This document shows, one piece after another, positions 1 through 8,700 of a DNA stretch of 18,126 nt. The DNA comes from Candidatus Heimdallarchaeota archaeon. GTDB lineage: Archaea > Asgardarchaeota > Heimdallarchaeia > JABLTI01. The notes beneath the pieces are model-generated. The model ran no database searches and was not told the DNA's origin. It was given only the letters and a program-made list of their open reading frames with translations. A program made the translations under genes and the position numbers. Every line of letters begins with the position of its first letter. Position 1 is the stretch's first letter. Where the stretch lies: positions 1-18,126 of the forward strand of contig JAUWKS010000064.1 in the NCBI GenBank assembly GCA_030614005.1, in the 5' to 3' direction.

Positions 1-2
1 CT

Positions 3-1202
3 AGAGTTTATTGCATTAGTCACGAAGGAATTCAAGAATGGAACTATACTACTACTAATCGTGTTTATGCTTCACCGGTTATTGGCGATTTGGATGGCGA
101 TGGAGATCTAGAGATAATTATTGGAGAATATAATGATACACTTTATGAAAATACCATTTATTGCTTAGACAGCACTGGAAATGAGCTTTGGACTTTTAAT
201 ACCGATCTAGAAACACGTGGCACTGCTGCAATTGGAGACCTTGATAACGATGGCGATCTTGAAGTGGTAGTCGGTGATTATGCTTCAAAAGTATACTGCT
301 TAGCAATAACGGGAACAACAAGTTTTAGCGATTTGGTCTGGGCAAGCTTCCATGGGTCAGCATTCAATACGGGACAGATGGATAGCGACAGCGATTATAT
401 AGATGACCAAACGGAAGATTATTTCGGAACAAATGCAACGAATGCCGATTCCGATGGAGATACTCTAGAAGATTGGGATGAAATATATTACCACGGAACT
501 GATCCAACCGATACTGACACAGATAACGATGGTATGCCAGATGACTATGAACTAGCGCAATCATTTGATCCTCTACTGTTCGCTGATGGTGGGTATGATG
601 CAGATTCGGACACTCTATTCAATGTGGAAGAATATAATAATAACACAGACCCACACGATCCAGATACGGACAACGATGGATTGAGCGATGGTGCAGAAGT
701 AAAAATATATGACACAAACCCACTTCTAACAGATACAGATTCAGATGGAATAGATGATCTCGAAGAATTAACCTTGGGAATAGATGGATACATATCTGAC
801 CCAACTCTAACAGATACAGACAGCGATGGGCTTGGAGATTTTGACGAAGTAAACACCTATGATACAAATCCAAGTAGTGCAGATACAGATGGGTATGGAT
901 TGAATGATTTTGAGGAAGTAAACGCTGGTACGGATGGTTTTGTTACTGACCCCAATGATGTGGATACCGATGATGATTCTTACAGTGATTTTATTGAAGT
1001 TTCTCTTGGTTCCGATCCTACTGATGGTTCTGATATTCCCGATATTACCGAGACGCCCCCACCAACAACTACAATAACAATTCCTGGTCAAAATATCACT
1101 ATCACTGAAAAAGGTGGTATCATTATTGCTGTTTCTATTGTAACATTTACCATTGCCTTAACTTTTGCAGTGGCTATCATTAGACGCAAGCGTCTTGCTT
1201 AG
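3..1202 (+). CDS. 5'-truncated cell-surface protein: FG-GAP/PQQ-like beta-propeller repeats, 9 TSP3-like Ca-binding repeats, Pro/Thr linker, C-terminal TM anchor with basic tail
   Basis: The frame of the 90..1202 ORF is open back to base 3 (RVYCISHEGIQEWNYTTTNRVYASPVIGDL...), so the true start lies outside the window. FG-GAP-like motifs IGDLDGDGDLEIIIG and IGDLDNDGDLEVVVG; DxDxD(G) repeats; ETPPPTTTITIP linker; hydrophobic GGIIIAVSIVTFTIALTFAVAII followed by RRKRLA. Confidence 0.9.
   Translation, partial: RVYCISHEGIQEWNYTTTNRVYASPVIGDLDGDGDLEIIIGEYNDTLYENTIYCLDSTGNELWTFNTDLETRGTAAIGDLDNDGDLEVVVGDYASKVYCLAITGTTSFSDLVWASFHGSAFNTGQMDSDSDYIDDQTEDYFGTNATNADSDGDTLEDWDEIYYHGTDPTDTDTDNDGMPDDYELAQSFDPLLFADGGYDADSDTLFNVEEYNNNTDPHDPDTDNDGLSDGAEVKIYDTNPLLTDTDSDGIDDLEELTLGIDGYISDPTLTDTDSDGLGDFDEVNTYDTNPSSADTDGYGLNDFEEVNAGTDGFVTDPNDVDTDDDSYSDFIEVSLGSDPTDGSDIPDITETPPPTTTITIPGQNITITEKGGIIIAVSIVTFTIALTFAVAIIRRKRLA
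381..1031 (+). repeat. Nine tandem protein-level TSP3-like Ca-binding repeats (DxDxDxLxDxxE...T(D/N)P)
   Basis: Counted in the translation: units starting DSDSD, DSDGD, DTDND, DADSD, DTDND, DTDSD, DTDSD, DTDGY, DTDDD, each about 22-27 aa. Confidence 0.85.
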
Positions 1203-1228
1203 CTGTTCGTCAATAGAAAGAGTTTCGA

Positions 1229-1269
1229 GAGAAAGGAGTGCCTCTTTTCTCTTCCATTGTTTTTTATTT
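1229..1269 (+). terminator. Probable terminator: hairpin followed by T-rich tract
   Basis: GAGAAAGGAG-tgc-CTCTTTTCTC (10-bp stem with one G-U pair, 1229-1251) followed by TTCCATTGTTTTTTATTT, 27 nt after the stop of the surface-protein gene. Confidence 0.55.
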
Positions 1270-1350
1270 CATAAATAGTTTTGAATAAAAAAAATCACTT
1301 ATTCGATTTTTCAGAAATAAACTTAAAACGTTAGATAAATAATTCAGCTT

Positions 1351-2421
1351 ATGTTAGGTGAACTTTTTGCTATTGGAGCAACCCTCTGCTTTGTCATTTC
1401 AAATGTTATTTTTAAGCGAGTGGACACCAAAGTTTCGCCTTCTCAAATAAACGCTTTTCGAACTATAATTGGCTTCTTGACATATTTGATAATCGCTCTA
1501 ATAGTTGGAAAGTTTGCAACAATCTTTCAATTTCCGCCAATTTTGTGGCTCTGGTTAGCATTAAGTTTCTTCTTCGGTCAAGTCCTAGGTGATACGGCAT
1601 ATTTCAAAGCTCAAGAAATGCTAGGAACGACTTTAGCCCTAGCAATTTCAATGACTTTCCCTATTTTTACTATTATTATCTCATCCATTATGGGAGAAAT
1701 TATTCCTGTGTATTTCTATGGAGCAATGAGTCTGATAGTTGTTGGAGTGATTGTTATTGGAATAGGAAAAAATCGTTCTCTTAACAAAACCAATCTAATT
1801 GAAGCTGCCAAAGAATCCGAAATATCAACAAAAGAGGAAGGAGTGATTCCTGAAAATACTGTTGTTCTCATCGAAAACGAAGAAATTGATCAATCAAAAG
1901 AACCAATTGAAATCAATATAGGAATTAGAGATCCAAAACAGAAATCGAAAAAATATTTGCTTTTTGCAATTGGTATAGCATTATTTGCTGCAATCTCTTG
2001 GTCCATAGGAATAGTGTTAACTAATAAAGCGATTACTGATGTAGCAATTTTTATGGGAGATGGTCAATTTAGCAGTTTATTGGGAAATGTAGTTCGATTT
2101 CCTATCGCTGCAAGTATATTATCGGCTATGAGCATTGGTGATAAAAAAACAAAAATCAAAACGTGGGGGAAATCGACTTGGTTACTGTTATTCCTTGGAG
2201 CAATAATCGGAACTTCAATAGGTGCCTATTTGTACACAGAAGCTATTTTTCTTGTAAATGCTGCTTTTGTTTCAATAGTTGGTTCATCAAGTCCTCTGTT
2301 TGCAATTCCTATAAGCTGGCTCTTCAACCGTGAAAAAGTTACCATAATGAACCTTATTGGTGTTTTACTTACTGTCGGTGGAGTAGTTATGATATTTGTT
2401 TTTCAGCTTGCTCTCAACTAA
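1351..2421 (+). CDS. DMT/EamA-family transporter (two EamA domains with a long hydrophilic linker)
   Basis: About 10 hydrophobic helices in two repeats; DMT-like motifs GDTAYFKAQEMLGTTLALAISMTFPIF and GAYLYTEAIFLVNAAFVSIVGSSSPLFAIPISWLFNREK. Confidence 0.9.
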   Translation: MLGELFAIGATLCFVISNVIFKRVDTKVSPSQINAFRTIIGFLTYLIIALIVGKFATIFQFPPILWLWLALSFFFGQVLGDTAYFKAQEMLGTTLALAISMTFPIFTIIISSIMGEIIPVYFYGAMSLIVVGVIVIGIGKNRSLNKTNLIEAAKESEISTKEEGVIPENTVVLIENEEIDQSKEPIEINIGIRDPKQKSKKYLLFAIGIALFAAISWSIGIVLTNKAITDVAIFMGDGQFSSLLGNVVRFPIAASILSAMSIGDKKTKIKTWGKSTWLLLFLGAIIGTSIGAYLYTEAIFLVNAAFVSIVGSSSPLFAIPISWLFNREKVTIMNLIGVLLTVGGVVMIFVFQLALN

Positions 2422-2455
2422 GTTAATAAATATGTTTTCGAACTGAATTCTTGAA

Positions 2456-2791
2456 ATGAATAAACAAAGCAATAGATCGAAAATTCTGAATTTACTTTAT
2501 AAAGAATTTCCGAGAAAGAGAATAGCCGGAGTAAAAAAATCTCTTACTTCTTTCGATGAAGAAATAATAGATTACCTTATTTTATTATTGCAGATTGATG
2601 AAAACAAAAAGGTGCGAAAAGCAATTATCAATACTTTTTCTGAAATGATTATGACGGAGATGGATGTTTCTTTAGAACAGAAAATTAATACCGCATTGGA
2701 CAGTGCAAAAAATAATGAACCTGAAAAAGAGCTACAGTTGCTTGCAGAACAAGCGATAAGGAAAAGAAATAAAGAAAAAAATAGGAAATAA
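2456..2791 (+). CDS. Small HEAT-repeat-like helical protein
   Basis: HEAT-like pattern LILLLQIDENKKVRKAIINTF and a second unit NEPEKELQLLAEQAIR; ATG start 34 nt after the EamA stop. Confidence 0.65.
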   Translation: MNKQSNRSKILNLLYKEFPRKRIAGVKKSLTSFDEEIIDYLILLLQIDENKKVRKAIINTFSEMIMTEMDVSLEQKINTALDSAKNNEPEKELQLLAEQAIRKRNKEKNRK

Positions 2792-2794
2792 GCA

Positions 2795-3388
2795 CTAAGT
2801 GTTTACATCTGTTTCAGTTATTTCTCTTTTTTTCTTTCGTATTTTTGTAAAATGGTCTGGTTTTACTACTGCAGGTATTCCAACGATCATAAATAAGCTG
2901 AAAAAGATTACTGCTACAACAAAACCATAATAGTATTGTGTTGTTCCATATATGGAGTCTAAATATCGCACATAGGGAATTTGTAATAGTGTACCTATCA
3001 ATCCAATAATATTTACTAAAATAACTGAAACGCCAGATATTCTTCGATGAATATTGAAATATTGATGTTCTCTACTTTGGTAGAATAATAGAAAAAATAA
3101 ACTAATATAACTCCCAATTAATCCAATAAAAACTATTACACTCGAGTATACTGGAAAATTGTCCAATTGACTTATTCCACCCTCATTGAGTAATTCACCA
3201 TCTTCTTCTAAACTCCAATGACCAAAAAAGTACGTTCTAAAAATGTAATTTTTTCCATTATCTTCATAATTAGATACCGTAAATGGACTTAGAAAAATAA
3301 AGAAGCCGCCCACTATAATTAAAATTGCAAGAAACAATCCTGTTAGATAATCTGAACTTGAATTAGATTGAGTCAAAAATCTCTCCAA
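2795..3388 (-). CDS. Hypothetical 4-TM membrane protein with claudin/PMP22-like topology
   Basis: TTG start. Four hydrophobic segments (aa ~15-35, 80-103, 117-140, 156-175), a ~45-aa loop 1 containing FFGHW, YYYG just before TM4, and a basic tail. The CDS is well supported; the fold assignment is inference. Confidence 0.75.
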   Translation of the reverse strand: MERFLTQSNSSSDYLTGLFLAILIIVGGFFIFLSPFTVSNYEDNGKNYIFRTYFFGHWSLEEDGELLNEGGISQLDNFPVYSSVIVFIGLIGSYISLFFLLFYQSREHQYFNIHRRISGVSVILVNIIGLIGTLLQIPYVRYLDSIYGTTQYYYGFVVAVIFFSLFMIVGIPAVVKPDHFTKIRKKKREITETDVNT

Positions 3389-3462
3389 ATTTAATTTGGG
3401 TTATTTACTATTTAAACCTATAGATTTTCAGCTCACATTTTTTTATTAACGATTGATATTTT

Positions 3463-4746
3463 TTACGAGCAATTGTTTTCAATCTCTTGTACAAAGCAAA
3501 TTGAAATGCCAATAATATCTTGCAAAATTTTTTTGTCTATAAATTCTAAAGTATCATTTATTGTATGCCATTGTACTGGTTTGTGTTTTGTGTTTTCATC
3601 CAAAATAATTACAAAAGCGGCTTCATAACCTTTTTTTGTGTAGATATTAGCATCTGAGGAACCAATTATTAATCGACCAATTCTGAGAGGAATGATATTT
3701 GAATCAAATTGCTTATAGCGATTGTAACCTTTCTCTAAATTTGAAAGGACTTTTTGACTGTATTTAGCTAAGTGCATAAAATCAAATTCAACAGCTAGTA
3801 ATTCCACTCCCGCTCCCACACATTCGAATATCAAAGAAAGAGATTTTTCAAATAATTCTGGATGGCTATTCACAAAATGATGTGCACCCTTTTCTCCAAC
3901 TTCTTCAGAACCCATTGATGCAATAATTAATTCTACATTTTTTAGTTTGTTTTTACTGAAGTACTTTCCAACTGCACAAGCAACAGCTGTTCCAGAAAGA
4001 TTGTCATTTGCTCCCATAACTACTTTATCACCAAGGAAAAGGGAAAAAGTTGCAATATAGAGAATAAATAAAACGAAGATAATCGGATAACAAAACAAGT
4101 CTATTTTTGTCCACTGAAAAACAGTGAGGTCATATAGGATATAGTGATTGCTTATTTGTGATTGCAGAATAATTTTTACAATTGGATAGATAAAAGCAAA
4201 CAGATTATACACTAGACTCATAATAAGTAAAATTGTTGGAATCGTATCACCTTTTATTGTCGAGATCCTCATTTGTTTTGCAGAATCCGTATGACCTTCT
4301 AATAAAATTCTACATTTTACTTCTTCAGATGGCTTGATAATTCCATACACATTACTTGATGTTCCTTTACGAAAGAAGAATTTTACCCATCCTTTTAACA
4401 GCATCAATTCAACAAAGAGAACGAACATTGACACAAAAACCAAAAAAGAAGCAATGATGGAAAATGGATAAGCAAAAAGGGCTGTGAAAAATGCTAATCC
4501 GCCAATTAGAAAAACTATTCGAATGATTCCTTGCGGGTATAAATTTGGTCTTGTTTCGAATTCTTCAATGTTTGTTTCATCACAAAATGTACTCATTTCA
4601 TCCTTTAACAGTAAATTGGCTTTTTTTTCTTCAATAGATGAAGAATATCTTGGACCAATATCATTACAGATTTTCTCTATCAATGAATATGAATACTCAG
4701 CAAATTCACCTACAAAATCCATATTGTTTTCTTTTTCCTTTGACAT
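3463..4746 (-). CDS. M28-family zinc metallopeptidase with inserted transmembrane hairpins
   Basis: Full M28 ligand motif set: GHTDS, GANDNLSG, GSEEVG, FECVG, WHTINDT. Four hydrophobic helices are inserted within the domain. Confidence 0.88.
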   Translation of the reverse strand: MSKEKENNMDFVGEFAEYSYSLIEKICNDIGPRYSSSIEEKKANLLLKDEMSTFCDETNIEEFETRPNLYPQGIIRIVFLIGGLAFFTALFAYPFSIIASFLVFVSMFVLFVELMLLKGWVKFFFRKGTSSNVYGIIKPSEEVKCRILLEGHTDSAKQMRISTIKGDTIPTILLIMSLVYNLFAFIYPIVKIILQSQISNHYILYDLTVFQWTKIDLFCYPIIFVLFILYIATFSLFLGDKVVMGANDNLSGTAVACAVGKYFSKNKLKNVELIIASMGSEEVGEKGAHHFVNSHPELFEKSLSLIFECVGAGVELLAVEFDFMHLAKYSQKVLSNLEKGYNRYKQFDSNIIPLRIGRLIIGSSDANIYTKKGYEAAFVIILDENTKHKPVQWHTINDTLEFIDKKILQDIIGISICFVQEIENNCS

Positions 4747-4802
4747 ATGAATACAATGCCAAAATGACTATAAATTTTTAGTGTAGGAAATTGACTTTAG
4801 TT

Positions 4803-5579
4803 TTAATCTTTTTTGAAAAATGCATCAATCGTAATTGAAGGTTTCTCATTTGATAATGCTGGAAATATCTCCTGCCAAGGAACTTCTACTGCCTCAAGAT
4901 CATTAACATTGAGAACATTCATAACTTTCTTTGGAAAGCTTTTAGCAACTAATATTCCTCGAACTTTTACTTTTTCTACTTTGGCAAAATATTCTACATA
5001 TCGTTTTAATTGCTGTGCATCTGCTGGAGAAGCACTTCGTTTTTTCACTTCAATAACGATGATATTTCCTTCTTTGTCTACTCCTCGTAAATCTAAAAAA
5101 CCGAATGGTGTTTCAAATTCCCTTGCAGTCGGTTGAAAATCTTTATCGATTATTTCAGGGTGATCGTATAAATAATTTGAAAGATCACTTTCTGATCCGT
5201 AGATACTTAGAGAGGCGGAATCATGAGCATCATAAATAATTGATTCGTATACTTCTTCGAAGATTATTTCTAAGGACTCTTTCGTTTTCGGCCTAAAAGT
5301 CTTTACAACCAATTTTCCTTCATCTACTAGAAACTTGATTTTACCTGCTCCTCCAAGTTGCCAATTTAAGGGCTTTAATCCCTTTGAGCCATGGAGGATC
5401 AAAGTTTCATCTTTTTTGACAATGAAATGCCGATCTCCGGATGGTAAAAATGACTTTATTCTTCCATCAAAAACCGCATAACAAGAACCAAATATTACTA
5501 GCATCTTCTTACAATAGCCTTCTGTAAAATCCTTAGCTATTTTCTCTATGTTATTTGAGTTGTGAGTTATTTTGTTCAT
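4803..5579 (-). CDS. nucS: Endonuclease NucS (EndoMS), mismatch-specific
   Basis: N-terminal C-x4-DGR-x3-L-x2-GDR-x3-VKxD-x4-H-x5-KPLNWQ pattern; RecB-like nuclease core LDLRGVD...VIEVKKR...QQLKRY; C-terminal PIP-like SITIDAFF. Confidence 0.95.
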   Translation of the reverse strand: MNKITHNSNNIEKIAKDFTEGYCKKMLVIFGSCYAVFDGRIKSFLPSGDRHFIVKKDETLILHGSKGLKPLNWQLGGAGKIKFLVDEGKLVVKTFRPKTKESLEIIFEEVYESIIYDAHDSASLSIYGSESDLSNYLYDHPEIIDKDFQPTAREFETPFGFLDLRGVDKEGNIIVIEVKKRSASPADAQQLKRYVEYFAKVEKVKVRGILVAKSFPKKVMNVLNVNDLEAVEVPWQEIFPALSNEKPSITIDAFFKKD

Positions 5580-5666
5580 TTGTCTCTATACAATTCTTCA
5601 GAATGGTTGTTATAAAATTTACTCTTAATTAAATGCCTTTCCGGAAGCTTCAATCAAACAGATTTT

Positions 5667-5715
5667 CAGAAAAGTATATATTAAAAAAATAATTCATTCT
5701 CATACGAATGAGAAT
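5667..5715 (+). promoter_or_regulatory. Putative BRE/TATA promoter plus a perfect inverted repeat (candidate repressor site) upstream of the large surface-protein gene
   Basis: CAGAAAAG (5667-5674) + TATATATTAAA (5675-5685); ATTCTCAT-acga-ATGAGAAT at 5696-5715, where the transcription start would be expected. Confidence 0.5.
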
Positions 5716-5751
5716 AGCTCTAATCGGTATCGTCTAATCTTATTAGAAGAT

Positions 5752-8700
5752 GTGAAATGTATGAAAAAAGCTTCCCATTATTCGAAAATTCTTTCAATTT
5801 TTGCACTGCTATTTATTTTGAGTGCTATCTTACCTCAAATTTCTCAAAGTAATTTTCAGTTATCAGCTGCACTTCAACTAGAAGAAGAGTTTGTAGTGCA
5901 ACAAGATGACATTAAAGTACCTGTGGAAGTAGAAGAAGACATTTTTGATACTGATCTCATATCAGATTCAATTAACGATTCAACAGCTATTTTCGGTGAG
6001 TCAGTACGAATTACTAATTTTAAGTTACAGGAAACTGATTATGCAGTGGCTTTAGGCGAAAATGGCACAACCCATTGTATTTGGTTTCAATATTTAACCC
6101 ATATTGGTTTATCTCTAATGTATTCATATTCAAATGATTCAGTAAATTGGATTGTTCCAGAAGTTGTTTTTAGATTGGTGACAGAAGTAAAATTGCCACA
6201 ACTATTGTTAGATACAGAAGGTGGAATACATATCGTATTTTACGCTTACAGATCCTATCATTATAGGTTATATTATTTCCAATCACCTTCATATAATCTG
6301 AATTTCTCCCGTGAATTGATATATGATTCTTTTAATTTTGAAATAGCTGAATTAGCTTTAGTTCTAACCCATAATGATACCGTTAATGTTGTTTGGAAAT
6401 CTGAAAGTGATTCAAGTTCTTCTGTTCAATGGGATAGTCATGTTGGCATATTAAGATTAAATTTAACAACAGGTCTCTGGTTATCAGAACCATGGATACT
6501 TTTCAATGAATCAGAACCAATACACATTGGAGTGAGTTCGACATTTGATTCATTAAGAATTGTTTGGTCTAAAAGTACTAATTTTGTTGCAGATTATTAT
6601 TTATTTTATTCACAGTATAATGAAACTACCAAATCTTGGAATGCTCATACAGAAATTGCTTCAAGTGTGGATAAAATAGAAGGATTGTTTATTTTTCCAA
6701 AATTAACTGGTGGTAATTTTCTTCTTTGGGTAGAAAGACCAAAATATTATACTATGTGTTATGGAGAATTGTTGGAAAGTGAAACTCTGATTAATGTTTA
6801 CAAACAGTTCAATGCAAATAAAACTAGTTCCTATCACGCTACACTTGTTGAGGATAGTTTTACGGATGATATCCATTTAGTTTATGAACAAGTAGTTAGT
6901 TTAAAATATTCTCTTTATCAAAGAAAATTATTTGCATCAAATTCTACATGGAGTGAAGGTGCACTAATATCTACAAATGAGTATTCCCAACGCCCAGATT
7001 TCTATAGCCAATCGAATAGCTCGACTTCAATTGCATTTTTATTCTACTTATCAGATGGTTCGATTGTTTCTAGAAATTATTCTAAGAGCGAAACTTTCTC
7101 TGCAGAATTACCAATCTATTTTGGTGGTCAAAATTTTTATTTCCAGTCTGTTGTTGTAGATTCAGAAGGAATATTACATATGATTTGTCATCATCAGAAT
7201 AGATATGCTGATGGAATTTTCTATCAAAGAAAATTAATGAATGAAACATTATGGACTGGTTTTACAAGTGTTGTTGGTGGTTTATACGATATAACCAATA
7301 CCAATTTGCTAATAGATGAGAATGATACTCTTTATGCTTTCTATATTTCTCTAGATCTTGGATCTAGTAGAACAGGACTTTATATGATGATTAAAAACAA
7401 AAACCAGAACAATTGGTCATCACCAAAGCTGCTATTTACTCCACCAAAATCAATTAATCTTTTTGAAGAAAGGTCAATTTTCTTTGATGAACAATTAAAT
7501 CTACATGCTTTTTGGGTACAATACAATGAGAATGACGAAATTTACGAAATTGGTTATTCAATGAGACCTTTTAATGAAGAAAACTTTACCGATCCAATAA
7601 GTATGCCGACATATCAAGAAGAGTCGCATAATTATCAATTACATGCAATTGCAGAGCCAGATGGAACTTTACACCTAGTGAATGTAGAATATTCCGAATT
7701 ATTTCAAGTTACTAGTATAATCTACCGTTCTAAAGATGTGGGCGAAGATTGGACTAACCCTTTGATTGTATTCGCTTCATATAATTTAATGGCTCGTCCA
7801 AAACTTATATCTGATTCAGAAGGTAATCTTGAATTATTTTTAACCGATAGTATTCTCCTTTCTCATTATCAAAATATATACGATACCGATTTTAGAAGTT
7901 TGTCAAAAGCTAAAGGTGGTTTTTGGGTTGACAATGGAATTTTCTTGTATGAAACAGGAAGTGCAGCTTATTATGATATTATTACCATTGGTGAAGAACT
8001 TCACATGGTTTATTACGAATTAGATTTTATGATAAATTATTGGCGCGCAACTACCCTTGATTATCTAAAAGTTATCAAAAGAACAGCTGCGGGACAATGG
8101 ACTGATGATACAACTATATTTTACCATCAAATGGAGAAATCCCTGCCAGTATTAATATATAATAATGTGACTGAAGAGATATCAATCTTTTTTGAAATGG
8201 TAGATTATATTAATTGTATAGTTTTGCAGAATGATACCGATCAAGATGGTTTGGGCACTTTTGACGAAATATTCTATCTGACTGATCCATTAAACCCAGA
8301 TACGGACGGGGATGGGTTGCAAGATGGATTTGAAGTAAAAGGTAATTATACAAATCCAGCATTGTTCGATACTGATTGGGACGATCTAAGCGATGGAGAA
8401 GAAGTTTTAATCTATAAATGTGACCCTCAAAAGGGTGATACAGATAGAGATAATTTGCGAGACGGTGATGAAGTTCTAATCTATGGTACTGATCCCACTA
8501 CTCGAGATACTGATAAAGATCTATTAAATGATGATATTGAAATTTTTGTTCTTGGGTCAAATCCATTAAGCAATGATACCGACGGAGACGGAATGGATGA
8601 TCATTTCGAATATATGAATTCATTACTAATACTAATTGATGATTCACTTGAAGATCCAGATGAAGATGATTTATCAAACATTGACGAATATCTCATTGGA

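Noticed and set aside
364-1091. Antisense ORFs 364..564, 545..856, 619..873 and 807..1091
   Set aside because: They shadow the Asp-rich repeat gene. The Ser/Val-rich translations are the expected reverse complement of GAT/ACA repeats.
4484-5136. Plus-strand ORFs 4484..4750 and 4813..5136
   Set aside because: They are antisense to the well-supported M28 and nucS genes and carry no recognisable motifs.
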